The translations under genes and the position numbers were made by a program. The notes under the pieces are model-generated. The model did no database searches and was not told the DNA's origin. It worked only from the letters and a program-made list of their open reading frames with translations. DNA of 22,469 nucleotides from contig JANKJI020000004.1 of the NCBI GenBank assembly GCA_024626585.2, positions 60,366,505 through 60,388,973 of the forward strand. Reading direction: 5' to 3'. Within the stretch, counting starts at the first letter, position 1. Each line of letters starts with the position of its first letter. Shown here piece by piece: positions 11,138 to 22,469 of the stretch. Origin of the DNA: Ginkgo biloba. Its lineage: Eukaryota > Plantae > Ginkgophyta.

Positions 11138-12308
11138 TTGATCCTATGGGAGGAAGTGGTGGGGAGGAGTTTTCCTTCACAAGGGCATCAAGGTAGTAAA
11201 ATAGACTTCTGGAGCGACAAATGGGTCGGGCTTGACCATATCCCATTCTCACAAAGAGTAGAATTTTGGAGACTCATGGAGCTTTGTGTAGCCTTGGGGC
11301 ACACAAAAGTAACATATTTCTTTGACTCTAATGGCAACAGGTGGAAGTCAACATCAACCTTGGTAGATGATGAGAATGGATTTGTGGACTATCATATTCT
11401 TAGGGCCGCAGATAAACTCAATGAGGAATTAGCTNNNNNNNNNNNNNNNNNNNNNNNNNNNNNNNNNNNNNNNNNNNNNNNNNNNNNNNNNNNNNNNNNN
11501 NNNNNNNNNNNNNNNNNNNNNNNNNNNNNNNNNNNNNNNNNNNNNNNNNNNNNNNNNNNNNNNNNNNNNNCCTATAAGGTGGCATTGGATCTGGTGGCGA
11601 CATAGCGAAAACAAACACAACTAAATCCATTGGAGGTTAGCGCATAAAGCATTCATTTGCTCAAATACAATGCAAAAATGGAGAGTGGTTGAACCAACAA
11701 ATTGACCTAAACCACCTATGGTGGCAATGTCAAAAAATTAGAACACAATGGCAATCTATCTTGGACATATTTAGCATTAAACACGAAGGCTTGCTTCTGG
11801 ATGAGGACCCTTCATTAGTTCATCCAATCCTGATCAACAAGTCCTCAGAGGGTTTGTATTAGTGATTTTCCAATAAGCTCCTTGCTCAGGTGATATGGAG
11901 ATTGGTGTTTAAAACACCCTGTACACAATATTGACAGTTCAGATGCAAGCTTTCTTTAACAAAAAGGAATTCAATGAGTATCAAACTCTTGGGAAGATCC
12001 TCTCTCAAACTCATCCCTGGATTAAATATTCAAATCTTCAAGAGTCAATTATGAAGAAACTAGGGGAGAATTCGTTAGTAAGGACAATAACTCTTTTCAA
12101 TTTCTTTATATGGTGAGGAATTCAATTCAACATCACACTCATTGTATTAGACCTTTTCATTATTGTCTGAGGCTTGGTAGAGTAGAGGTAGGTTGTTATT
12201 GTGATCTCCACTGAGTTCAGTAATGTCGTTAGGAGGTTGTTTCTCCAACTAATGTATTGTTGATTACAATGAATGCAAATCCATCTTAAAAAAATAATAA
12301 TAATAATA
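11138..12308 (+). mobile_element. LINE 3' portion: post-RT region, zf-RVT remnant, 3' UTR and A/TAA tail
   Basis: GSKIDFWSDKWVG (G..I.FW.D.W.G). After the gap, WHWIWWRHSENKHN*IHWRLAHKA and LNHLWWQCQKIRTQW match zf-RVT (W..IW.....K...F.WR..H ... HL...C......W). Ends in A7 followed by (TAA)n at 12288-12308. Confidence 0.8.
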
Positions 12309-15300
12309 CAACGTAGTTTAATATCTATATATCATTGAAATATTTATCAATCCCTACTTAGTTATATCTCATTTAGGTTATCAATAGTCAATATTTATAT
12401 TCATATAATCCTTATGCAACTTGTTTTATTATAATAAAAAAATCAAATTCAATATTAGAATTAGGATGGGTGCTTCACTTATCTTACTAATTATTATTCA
12501 TAGACTTAATTCCTTCATTCATATTTATAAATATAGACAACTAGACTCCTAAAATGAGTGATATGTCCGTCATTTAGTGATCTTTACTTGATTATGTTGC
12601 GTATTAGTAGACTCTGCACATTTATATATTTAATATAAGTTTGTGTAAATATTTTTAGAAATGTGATTATTCATTAACCTTATTGTATAATATTCTTAAT
12701 TTGTAATCTCAATATTAGGCATATGTTATACAAATGTAACTTAACTTGAATTGAATTTGAAAATAAAAATTAATGTTACTCAAACTATTTTTCTACTTGA
12801 ATGATTAGTACAACACCAAAATTATCATATAAATATAAATTTAACATTCATATAAATTCTAAATACAAATTTGTCTAAGGTAAACAATAATAGATTCAAA
12901 ATTAATTATAATTCAAAAAATAATAAGTTTAAAATACACAATGTAATTACCATCATTACTATCAAAATTTTCATTCTCATTAACACCATGATAAGTTTAC
13001 AAAATGATAAAAATAATGTAACTTGAATATAAGTATCAATTTTTTAACTTTGTATCTTTATAAAACCATATCTTATTAATGATTATTACTAGAGAGTACA
13101 CATATACTTATAATCAAAATTATTTGCTAATATGTTTCCTTCTTATTTCAAAATATTATTTAAAAAATATCCTCTTTTAAATACATAATTTTATTTTAAT
13201 TATCAACTATCTCATAATGTATCTCATTAAACACTAGCTATGAAAATATTTCACATACATTTTCAAGGTGTGATTACATAATCAAATTTAATAAAAAAAT
13301 GTTCTTATTTAACAAATTAACATCAAATATTAGGTGATAAAATTTCATATAGAAATATTTATTCTATTTATCTAATTTATTTTTCACATAATACATCCCA
13401 TGATTTCTTGAAGATGGATCCATACTAGTATCATAAAAAAATGTTATAATTAGTCTTNNNNNNNNNNNNNNNNNNNNNNNNNNNNNNNNNNNNNNNNNNN
13501 NNNNNNNNNNNNNNNNNNNNNNNNNNNNNNNNNNNNNNNNNNNNNNNNNNNNNNNNNNNNNNNNNNNNNNNNNNNNNNNNNNNNNNNNNNNNNNNNNNNN
13601 NNNNNNNNNNNNNNNNNNNNNNNNNNNNNNNNNNNNNNNNNNNNNNNNNNNNNNNNNNNNNNNNNNNNNNNNNNNNNNNNNNNNNNNNNNNNNNNNNNNN
13701 NNNNNNNNNNNNNNNNNNNNNNNNNNNNNNNNNNNNNNNNNNNNNNNNNNNNNNNNNNNNNNNNNNNNNNNNNNNNNNNNNNNNNNNNNNNNNNNNNNNN
13801 NNNNNNNNNNNNNNNNNNNNNNNNNNNNNNNNNNNNNNNNNNNNNNNNNNNNNNNNNNNNNNNNNNNNNNNNNNNNNNNNNNNNNNNNNNNNNNNNNNNN
13901 NNNNNNNNNNNNNNNNNNNNNNNNNNNNNNNNNNNNNNNNNNNNNNNNNNNNNNNNNNNNNNNNNNNNNNNNNNNNNNNNNNNNNNNNNNNNNNNNNNNN
14001 NNNNNNNNNNNNNNNNNNNNNNNNNNNNNNNNNNNNNNNNNTATAAGTTCTTATTTACTCTAAGTCCAAATCACCAATATTAAATCATCCCTACAATTCC
14101 TTTCATATGAATATAAATGTGTATGCACTCTAGTTTAGATACTACTTTGACTAAAATTTTTAGGATTTCCACTATAACCTTTTTTACGAAAACTCATTAT
14201 TTGCTCCTTGTCTCTAGAGTTATATAGATTAACTATAATATTTCTTAGTGAATTTTATGGATTTCCTTAAACCTTATGAAATATAACACAACCTATAGGA
14301 AGCGAATTTTTAAGACATTCATTTAATTTCTCCTAATTCATGAATTTAATTATTTTCTTTTGAATGTTCCCTAATATGATGGTTTTAATCTCATCCAATT
14401 GAGAATCAATGTATACCTTTTTTAGTTAACTCTTCCTATTTCCTTAATTCTTAACTCAATATCAAATGTTACGCCATATAATAATAAATAATAATGGGAA
14501 AAAGACAAGGTAGAAAATATAATGTCATATATTATTTCATAACAATAATATTCTCATCTCTTTTTTAATATTCTCTTTTAAAGTTGTACCATGCATATAT
14601 TTTCAATTTTACTACATTGTATACTTAATATTTTAATTTTTCATATCACTTTTCTCTTTTTCTTTAGTCCTATATATAAAAATTATAATTGAAACCATGA
14701 GGCATACCCACTCAATGTTTAAATAAATTTCATGTATACATNNNNNNNNNNNNNNNNNNNNNNNNNNNATGGTTATACTCTCCAACCTAATGAATTTACA
14801 CTAGATATATAAATAATAAAAATATTTCTCATAAAATTTTCCTTCTTATAATGTTTTTTATTTTTTTGTAATGGAATGGAATATCAACATATTATTAGTA
14901 CAATTAATTCACCATTATATACTTTTATAATAGAGACTTGAATATGTATTCTTTGAGACCTTTCAAAAAGATCCATGAGAGTAATGTAATGGGATGCAAG
15001 AATACAACTCTGCTAGGCTCAGCCATGTAAAGGTAATGACACCGATTAGTCTCCCATTTCATCTCCCCATTATCATCCAATATCACTTTATTTTATTGAT
15101 TCAATTATTCTCCTCTCCTTAGCAGCTGCATTTTGACATTTGGTTGTGGTAGTTATGCATTAGTTTCTCCTCTAGTCTCTTCCTTAGTGTGCTTGGTTGC
15201 CTAGACAATGAACTTATTATTTTAGTGGGTTTGGAGACCTACAATTTCTTCTCTTGACTAGGATCCCTTAACCTCTTTTCTTCTCATGGCCTCTTAGGGG

Positions 15301-16078
15301 TGGCATCTTCTTTCTATTCTTCTAATTTTTTAATTAATTTTATTTATTATTCTCTTCTATTTTATAAGGGTTGTGAGATGAGGTATACCACCTTAGTTCT
15401 CTTTGTTCTTTCTCTTTACCAAGTCCCTTCCTTCCTTTTCTAACCTTCTTGGGGTTAGTTAGCATTTTCACCTTCCTCCTTCTTTTTTAAGCTACTCCCA
15501 TTCCTTAAGGAAATCCCACTTGCACCTGGGTGTTTCAGCCCCGATATACTATGATGATGTTCTTNNNNNNNNNNNNNNNNNNNNNNNNNNNNNNNNNNNN
15601 NNNNNNNNNNNNNNNNNNNNNNNNNNNNNNNNNNNNGGTATCTATTTCTTTTAGGATTTGGTTAGAAGGTTTTAAGGGTGCTCTAGAAGAGGGTTTCTTA
15701 GTAGTTTATTATTAGCTTATTTTTGTTGTTCTACTTATATGGATCCTCTCCTTTTCACTAAATATCCTCCCCCATATTCTTCTTTAAATTTCTATCATGT
15801 TCAAGGGTTTGGTTGAGTTTATCCTATATCTTCTCCATTATTAGTGTGCTTTGGCTTAGTTGACTTGCTCCTANNNNNNNNNNNNNNNNNNNNNNNNNNN
15901 NNNNNNNNNNNNNNNNNNNNNNNNNNNNNNNNNNNNNNNNNNNNNNNNNNNNNNNNNNNNNNNNNNNNNNNNNGATTCAACAATGGAATGTGGAATGCAA
16001 AGTGAGGGAGGATTGAGACTAAATTTTGGTAGCATCATAATACATTGGTGTTGGATAATTTGTGCCTCAATTAAAGCC

Positions 16079-16090
16079 TTATTTATAGGG
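16079..16090 (-). promoter_or_regulatory. LTR-type TATA box (CCCTATAAATAA), probable LTR relic
   Basis: Motif match only. The context parallels the box at 4273-4285. Boundaries are unresolved. Confidence 0.35.
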
Positions 16091-18900
16091 TCTAGGTTTG
16101 GTACCAGTGGTAATACCAAATCAACAGATGATCAACACTCCATAGGGATCAACTATAGGATTTGAGTCAGTTTGGATAGTTTAAGATGACCCAAAATTTG
16201 TTAGGAATGGCCCCAACTATCAAATTTCTATTTTATTGATTTTTTTTTAGTGAAAACTAACGATGCCACTTATTAGCATGTGCTTGTAGAGAATGTCGCT
16301 TATTAGTGCACATATTATCACCGCCACTAATTTGTGGTTGTAAATCAGCGGTGAAGAGTTTTCCATAGTTTTGGTACAGTTTTGTCAGGAGATGACCTAT
16401 GGAAAGCTTGCATTGATTCTTATGAAGATTGAGGAGGATCTTTGGATCTTTAAAGTTTCTCTTAAAAGCTTTCAGAAGCATTAGAGACCTACACATGAAT
16501 AGAATCAAGTGGTTATTTTATTAAATACAATAAAATAATTATATAATGGGCGCTAAGAAGTGCAATTATTACTTTATTTAACCTATTCTACCCAAAATTC
16601 TATCGAGAGTCACAAGCGATCTCTTGTTACATAGAATTTGACCTATGATGACCCCCCAATTTGTGTTACATAGGTGGGAAATAAAATTTTCATAGTTCAA
16701 GTAGATTATGAAAGAATTCATTTTTTTTGTTCATTATTCCATAAAGTAGGCCACATTAGGAAGTTTTTTCCAAGACAAAAATTAAAAGTAGGGAGATAAG
16801 AAGAAGAGGATAAACCAATCCCAAACCATAAAACCTATGCTAAGATAGTAACTCTTATTCCTAAGGAGGAAAGTCAAAATGTAACAAATGGTAAGGGTCC
16901 CCAACCTTCCCCAAAATAATATAATTAAGAGTAATGATGGACTAAGGTTAAAGGAAAAGGAAAACACATGGAAAAGAGGAATCAATAGAGACAAACAATT
17001 AATATTTATGATGATAACAAGATTTTACATAGAATTTTGAACATTATGGAGGAAGTAGATCCTCTAAAAATTCCCACAACAACAAAGGTAGATATTCATA
17101 AGCTAAAAGAATATTGTCAAGATGAGGAAGATAGGATATTTATTGATGAAAATAAATGCAATACCCTTATACAAGGCATGGANNNNNNNNNNNNNNNNNN
17201 NNNNNNNNNNNNNNNNNNNNNNNNNNNNNNNNNNNNNNNNNNNNNNNNNNNNNNNNNNNNNNNNNNNNNNNNNNNNNNNNNNNNNNNNNNNNNNNNNNNN
17301 NNNNNNNNNNNNNNNNNNNNNNNNNNNNNNNNNNNNNNNNNNNNNNNNNNNNNNNNNNNNNNNNNNNNNNNNNNNNNNNNNNNNNNNNNNNNNNNNNNNN
17401 NNNNNNNNNNNNNNNNNNNNNNNNNNNNNNNNNNNNNNNNNNNNNNNNNNNNNNNNNNNNNNNNNNNNNNNNNNNNNNNNNNNNNNNNNNNNNNNNNNNN
17501 NNNNNNNNNNNNNNNNNNNNNNNNNNNNNNNNNNNNNNNNNNNNNNNNNNNNNNNNNNNNNNNNNNNNNNNNNNNNNNNNNNNNNNNNNNNNNNNNNNNN
17601 NNNNNNNNNNNNNNNNNNNNNNNNNNNNNNNNNNNNNNNNNNNNNNNNNNNNNNNNNNNNNNNNNNNNNNNNNNNNNNNNNNNNNNNNNNNNNNNNNNNN
17701 NNNNNNNNNNNNNNNNNNNNNNNNNNNNNNNNNNNNNNNNNNNNNNNNNNNNNNNNNNNNNNNNNNNNNNNNNNNNNNNNNNNNNNNNNNNNNNNNNNNN
17801 NNNNNNNNNNNNNNNNNNNNNNNNNNNNNNNNNNNNNNNNNNNNNNNNNNNNNNNNNNNNNNNNNNNNNNNNNNNNNNNNNNNNNNNNNNNNNNNNNNNN
17901 NNNNNNNNNNNNNNNNNNNNNNNNNNNNNNNNNNNNNNNNNNNNNNNNNNNNNNNNNNNNNNNNNNNNNNNNNNNNNNNNNNNNNNNNNNNNNNNNNNNN
18001 NNNNNNNNNNNNNNNNNNNNNNNNNNNNNNNNNNNNNNNNNNNNNNNNNNNNNNNNNNNNNNNNNNNNNNNNNNNNNNNNNNNNNATACTATTCTTTTTT
18101 TATATTTAAGTGGTCAATAATATGGGATAATAATGTTACGCTTAGTTTATTATTTACTTTCAATTAAAAAACTTAAATCAAAGAAAACTAAATTAATAGT
18201 GATCAATACATTCATATATTAGTATAATTGAATTGTATACTTAATCATATTTATAAGAGTATTAAATTAAATAATCATAATAATTATCCTTTACTATAAA
18301 ATAACATAATGTATTATTATATGATGAGGAAATTCACATTAAAATGAATAATCAATGTTGTAGTTTAGATAATCCCTTATTCTTAAGAAATTATAATACT
18401 AAACCATGTACTTGTCATGATGTATATGAAAATTTTAGATCATTAAATAATAATACATGAATAAGTAAGGAAAAGTATTGATTCTCTAGATAAACTCAAA
18501 ATAACACTTTGAATAATGATATCCATAATATATTATAAACATCTTGGATGCTAATTAGATGTTTCTAAGGATGAATATAATTTAGGCATTACTAATTAGG
18601 ATCAAAACATGAGAAAAAAATATTTGTAATGAATTTTACTAGTTTGCATCATGTATAAGCAATTTTCATCATTTTAGAGTAAAATATCAGATGGTGCATC
18701 ATGCATGAGCATGTGTTTAAGTGACATGCTATATGAAATCATTTTAATAAATGGTTCCATTATGGATACATTGTAAATACACTCTTTTAGTCATAATTCT
18801 GACAAATAGAGTCTAGGATCATCTATAGTACACTCATTTCACTTTACTATTTGAGATATTAAAATTATCTAAACTAAATTATAAGGTGAAGAATGTGGTT

Positions 18901-20141
18901 AGATAGTAAGATAAAAATATTGAACCAAACATTCCCAAGCAGCATCCATAGCTTGAAAATAAGAATTTTTTGAGATGAAATTGAAAAGTGGAATCATAGT
19001 CCACAAGTTACAGAGTATTTTGTCTCATAAAAAAGATTGAAAATCAGAGTGCACAAAATTTAAATCCTCTCTGAGGTTTGACATACCTTTACATATGAAA
19101 TCACAAGCGAATGCTTGGTACCTAAAGAAATTGCAGGTAGATACCCAAAAAACTCGCAAGTTGTTGCTTGGTACAAGGAAAATGGACTCACAAGAGAACT
19201 ATTCAGTGAAATCGTAAGTGTCCCCTCGGTTATCAAAATGTCCTTTTCCCACAGAGTGCTCTCCTTCTGAGAAAGAGCAAAAACTAAACCAGAAGAGGAA
19301 CCAGAGAAAAGAAATCCAACCCCGCTTCTGTGGCTGAGTGCCCCTTTTAACCGCTCNNNNNNNNNNNNNNNNNNNNNNNNNNNNNNNNNNNNNNNNNNNN
19401 NNACAAAAAATTGAAATAATGTTCATCATTATCATGCCCAGGGAACTCCATCATGGCTAGGATGTATCCCTCTTGGGTCCCGCCTTTCTTCCTAGGTTGG
19501 TCAAGTAGTAAAGCAACCGGGAGGTGTCCTTCCTAGTTCCTTGTTCCTCCTTGGGTCGCCAAGACACTATCGCGGCTAGGACATGGGTGGGGCTCTTTTC
19601 CCAAAGCTCGCTTTTCCTTCATGGGTCCCACTTTATTAACTTCCTTAATGCTTTCCTTCCTGGCTCCTTTTCCTCCTCCCTTAGTGAGTAAGGGAGTGCC
19701 TTTCGCACCCAGGACGAGGGTCCTGATTACTCCATCCTTATTGCACCACCTTGAATGATGTTTTTGGGTCCATGGACTTTATTACCTTCCTTGGTGTTCG
19801 CGTCCTATATCCTTTTTCTTCCCTTATCGGTCAAGGATGGGTTTTCACTCCTAGGACAAGGCACGACTGGGTCCTGCCTTCCCTTATCCACCTTCTTGAA
19901 TGCCTTTTCTTTCCTTATTGGTCAAGGATGGGTTTTTGCTCCTAGGACAAAATGCATCTGGGTCCCACCTTACTTTATCGACCTTTCTGGATGCCTTCCT
20001 TTCTTCTTATTTCCATTAGGAAGATATTTACATCCAAGATCAAGTCTGTTGTAGATAAGATGAGGCACATTTTTATCCAAGTCACCAAAAAGATGGGAAA
20101 ATAACTATTCTTCATAATCGAATTAGATTTGACCCAGATCA
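18901..20141 (-). mobile_element. 3' LTR region of the gypsy element
   Basis: TGATCTGGG begins at 20141, just after a PPT. The candidate end is ...TTACTATC(T)A at ~18901. An alternative LTR start, TGATAATG, lies at 19434, so the boundaries are ambiguous. Confidence 0.5.
19470..20010. repeat. Degenerate GC-richer tandem repeat, best-preserved period 91 bp
   Basis: GGTCAAGGATGGGTTT at 19829 and 19920. CCTAGGACAA at 19850 and 19941. TGGGTCC recurs at 19474, 19622, 19765, 19868 and 19959. The plus strand is strongly pyrimidine-rich. Confidence 0.85.
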
Positions 20142-20143
20142 AA

Positions 20144-20153
20144 CCTCTCCCCT
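20144..20153 (-). promoter_or_regulatory. Polypurine tract candidate of the gypsy element
   Basis: AGGGGAGAGG on the minus strand directly after the pol end and 2 nt before TGAT. Confidence 0.65.
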
Positions 20154-20169
20154 GTAAATATGGTGGTCT

Positions 20170-21331
20170 ATATCATCATCTTAATCAATTGCAAAAATTC
20201 TCTCCAAAATTGATCCTCCATGAACCATTTTCCATCTTAAGGAACTTTCATCTTTCGGCCAACTTTGTATAGCTTGGTGACACCCTACTTGAATGCCATA
20301 TCCCTAGTTTAAAGAATTACCTCTTCTTTTGGTCATTGATGTGTATATGGAATCATATCTTTAGGAGGTGGTATAATAACCCCATATTCATATTCCTCTA
20401 TATCCAACATGGAGGGTTCAAAGAGCTTTAAAATGTTAACATTAAAAGTTGTATGAATCCCCAAAGAGGGAGGTAAATCCAGTTTGAAGGAATTTTGTCC
20501 CACCTGTTTTATGATCATAAATGGTTCATATCGAATATTCTTTATCTGTAAATTTTTCCCTTAGAATATTTCCTTAGGAATATGTAGCTGCACCTTATCT
20601 CCCACCTAAAATTGATGGTTTGGTCGATGCCTGTCATGCCTTGCCTTGTATTTTTAATGACTCTTCAACAATGCTTCTCACAACCACCTTTGCAATTGTT
20701 TGATATTTTCCACAAACTATAAGGCTTGCTATTATGCATCTTTTTACTTGGATGAAGATGATTTTGGTACTATACTACTGATAAATAGAGGATCCCCCAG
20801 GCAATCAACCCAAGTAATCTTCAAAAGGTTTAACCTGTGTAGATCTATGGATAACTCAATTATAGGTATATTGAATGTATGGAATTATTCCTTCCCATAT
20901 ATTGGGATGCTTATGATTTTACATCCTCAAGAGTTGAACTGCCATTCTGTTAACGACTTCTATCTTTATATCCATCTATGGATGAAAGGTTGTACTCTCT
21001 TTCAACCAAGTATCCATAAGTGTCCATAGAGAACACCAAAATTGATTAATAAATTTATTGTCCCTATTAGATATGATGGATTTGGGTAGCCCAAAATATA
21101 CCCACACATACTAGAAGAATAGTTTTGCTACTTGATTCCCTCTAATTAACTTCTTGTAGGGTACGAGGACATCTATCTTACTAATATTGTACAGTATAGA
21201 AAAAATTTAATCATTTTCCCTTTGGTTTATTAATAATCAACCAAGAAAATCCATGAAAATAGACTCCCATGGTGGAGCTAGGTAAGGGCGTATACTTCCC
21301 AAGATTTAAGTATCCTTGGGTTCATTAGGAT
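20170..21331 (-). pseudogene. Ty3/gypsy integrase with GPY/F module and chromodomain-like C-terminus (chromovirus type)
   Basis: PWESIFMDFLG. AKLFF*YVWVYFGLPKSIISNRDNKFINQFWCSLW. STTFHP*MDIKIEVVNR. KARHDRHR...F*VGDKV. IRYEPFMIIKQVGQNSFKLDLPPSLGIHTTFNVNILKLFEP. EVIL*TR...LYKVGRKMKVP*DGKWFMEDQFWREF. Confidence 0.95.
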
Positions 21332-21449
21332 NNNNNNNNNNNNNNNNNNNNNNNNNNNNNNNNNNNNNNNNNNNNNNNNNNNNNNNNNNNNNNNNNNNNN
21401 NNNNNNNNNNNNNNNNNNNNNNNNNNNNNNNAGGAAATAAATGATCTTT

Positions 21450-22200
21450 GATTTGTTCCCTTTAATAAATGATATTATCTCTACTTATAATATATTATGA
21501 ATTGGCCTTGTATATCCATAACCTAGTATCCATCACTTTATAATAAACAAGTATGCTTCTTCAATCCCTTATTCTTAGGATTTTAATACCATTCCTCTAT
21601 GGTGTGTCCATAACACGTGTAAAAATCATAATATTTTCCCTTATAAATGGGGTTTTCATTTTACCATATCTTATTCCCCTTATATGTGTAGGAAGTAGAG
21701 GAATAAAACCCCTCATTCTTCCTTAAATTAGAAAATGTATAAGGGAGGAGTTTATTTTTTAAGCTTCTTCTCCACATTTAATGAATAATTGTATTCTTTA
21801 TTTATATAATTAATGCATAATAGGATGAGTTACTACTATTAAGATGAAAATATTCCTATAATTAACTTGAGGACTAGAGTCTCCTTGATATCATTTATAC
21901 TTAGTATGATTTTAATTTTGTGGAACACATTGATGCATTCCTATATGGATTCACTTGTGTACTATAATAAATTTTGTTACTTCTTCATAAGTTTCTCCAC
22001 ATAATCCATGGGATGGAATCACCTCAAATACAATTATTTATCCGTGAAGTCACTAGTGAATTATATAAACATTCTCTTCTCATGCAAAGAGCATCCCACT
22101 AGAGAGGTGAATTCTTGTTCATCTTTAGTTTGAAAATAAATAGAATTGTTCTTCTGCATATCCCTATGTCTCAAAATATAATTCCAAATCCTTGATCCAT
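21450..22200 (-). pseudogene. Degenerate gypsy gag with decayed CCHC knuckle
   Basis: FHPMDYVEKLMKK*QN...SESI*ECINVFHK...ETLVLKL at ~21840-22020 (~FYP..Y...L...WQ.L.Q...SV.EY...F.K). YYDFYTCYGHTIEEWY at 21587-21633 (~C..C...GH....C). Collinear with the integrase across the 100-N gap at 21332-21431. Confidence 0.75.
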
Positions 22201-22469
22201 GCATTGAAATTTTCTAAAGATATGGTACTATAAAATGGTACCAAATCTATATTTATATCTACTTTTATCATTGATTTATTAGTGCTATAAAGAGGAAGAG
22301 TGAGTGGATCCTCCATTAGGAATACTTTGGAGAATGGTTAAGTACATGTCCATGAGGTCCTATTACTATTAAGTAGACTCAATAACTTATCACTAAAGAG
22401 TAATTATCTACTTTTTAATAATCTTTATATCATTAAGGGGAGGATCAAAATTAGAGGAAGGATTCTTGT

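Noticed and set aside
12310-14740. Long, extremely AT-rich tracts
   Set aside because: No recognisable motif, periodicity or termini; probably fully decayed repeats.
14900-15870. Purine-rich minus strand with LLSWIFLKGL, possibly a LINE ORF1/ORF2 boundary
   Set aside because: A single weak resemblance to SWN.RGL with no further endonuclease motifs found.
17037-18167. Longest ORFs in the track (376, 332 and 317 aa)
   Set aside because: Almost entirely N-run. The ~48 real residues show no motif I can assign.
19250-19280. GTGCTCTCCTTCTG, resembling a miR156/157-related sequence, with a short hairpin
   Set aside because: Only a partial gapped match with a short stem; no precursor-length foldback or SPL coding context.
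18901-19356. Possible host-gene 5' UTR exon with an AAG|GTATGT donor near 19087 (minus strand)
   Set aside because: It lies directly downstream of gypsy pol/PPT and has LTR-like termini. An LTR explains it more simply, and no linked coding exons were recognised.
19751-20054. 64- and 99-aa plus-strand ORFs
   Set aside because: By-products of a pyrimidine-rich tandem repeat with few stop codons.
20700-21029. 109-aa plus-strand ORF
   Set aside because: Antisense shadow of the integrase relic.

Overview
AT-rich, CpG-depleted, heavily gapped eukaryotic DNA. At least eight N-runs are exactly 100 nt, i.e. gaps of unknown size. It reads as a retrotransposon graveyard from a large plant genome; the element types suggest a gymnosperm-like host, but that is inference. 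I find no intact gene, RNA gene, CRISPR array or prokaryotic system, and most ORF-track entries are N-run artefacts or antisense shadows. Hand translation through stops and frameshifts shows: (1) the 3' end of a Ty1/copia element (RNase H tail, PPT, ~324-bp LTR, minus strand, 531-1014); (2) a gypsy gag relic (minus, ~2400-3111); (3) a run of plus-strand LINE fragments at ~6090-9524, comprising ORF1, two different endonuclease/linker pieces, an interposed RNase HI-like domain and an RT piece; (4) a LINE 3' end with zf-RVT and an A/TAA tail (11138-12308); (5) a chromovirus-type Ty3/gypsy element (gag, integrase, GPY/F, chromodomain-like tail, PPT and repeat-bearing 3' LTR region, minus, ~18900-22200). 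The most unusual items are the RNase H lying upstream of a LINE RT, the tandem mosaic of LINE pieces from different lineages, and an array of four 26-bp near-palindromes upstream of an LTR-type TATA box. I do not see evidence for a new functional system. All calls are motif recognition by eye and need HMM/BLAST confirmation.
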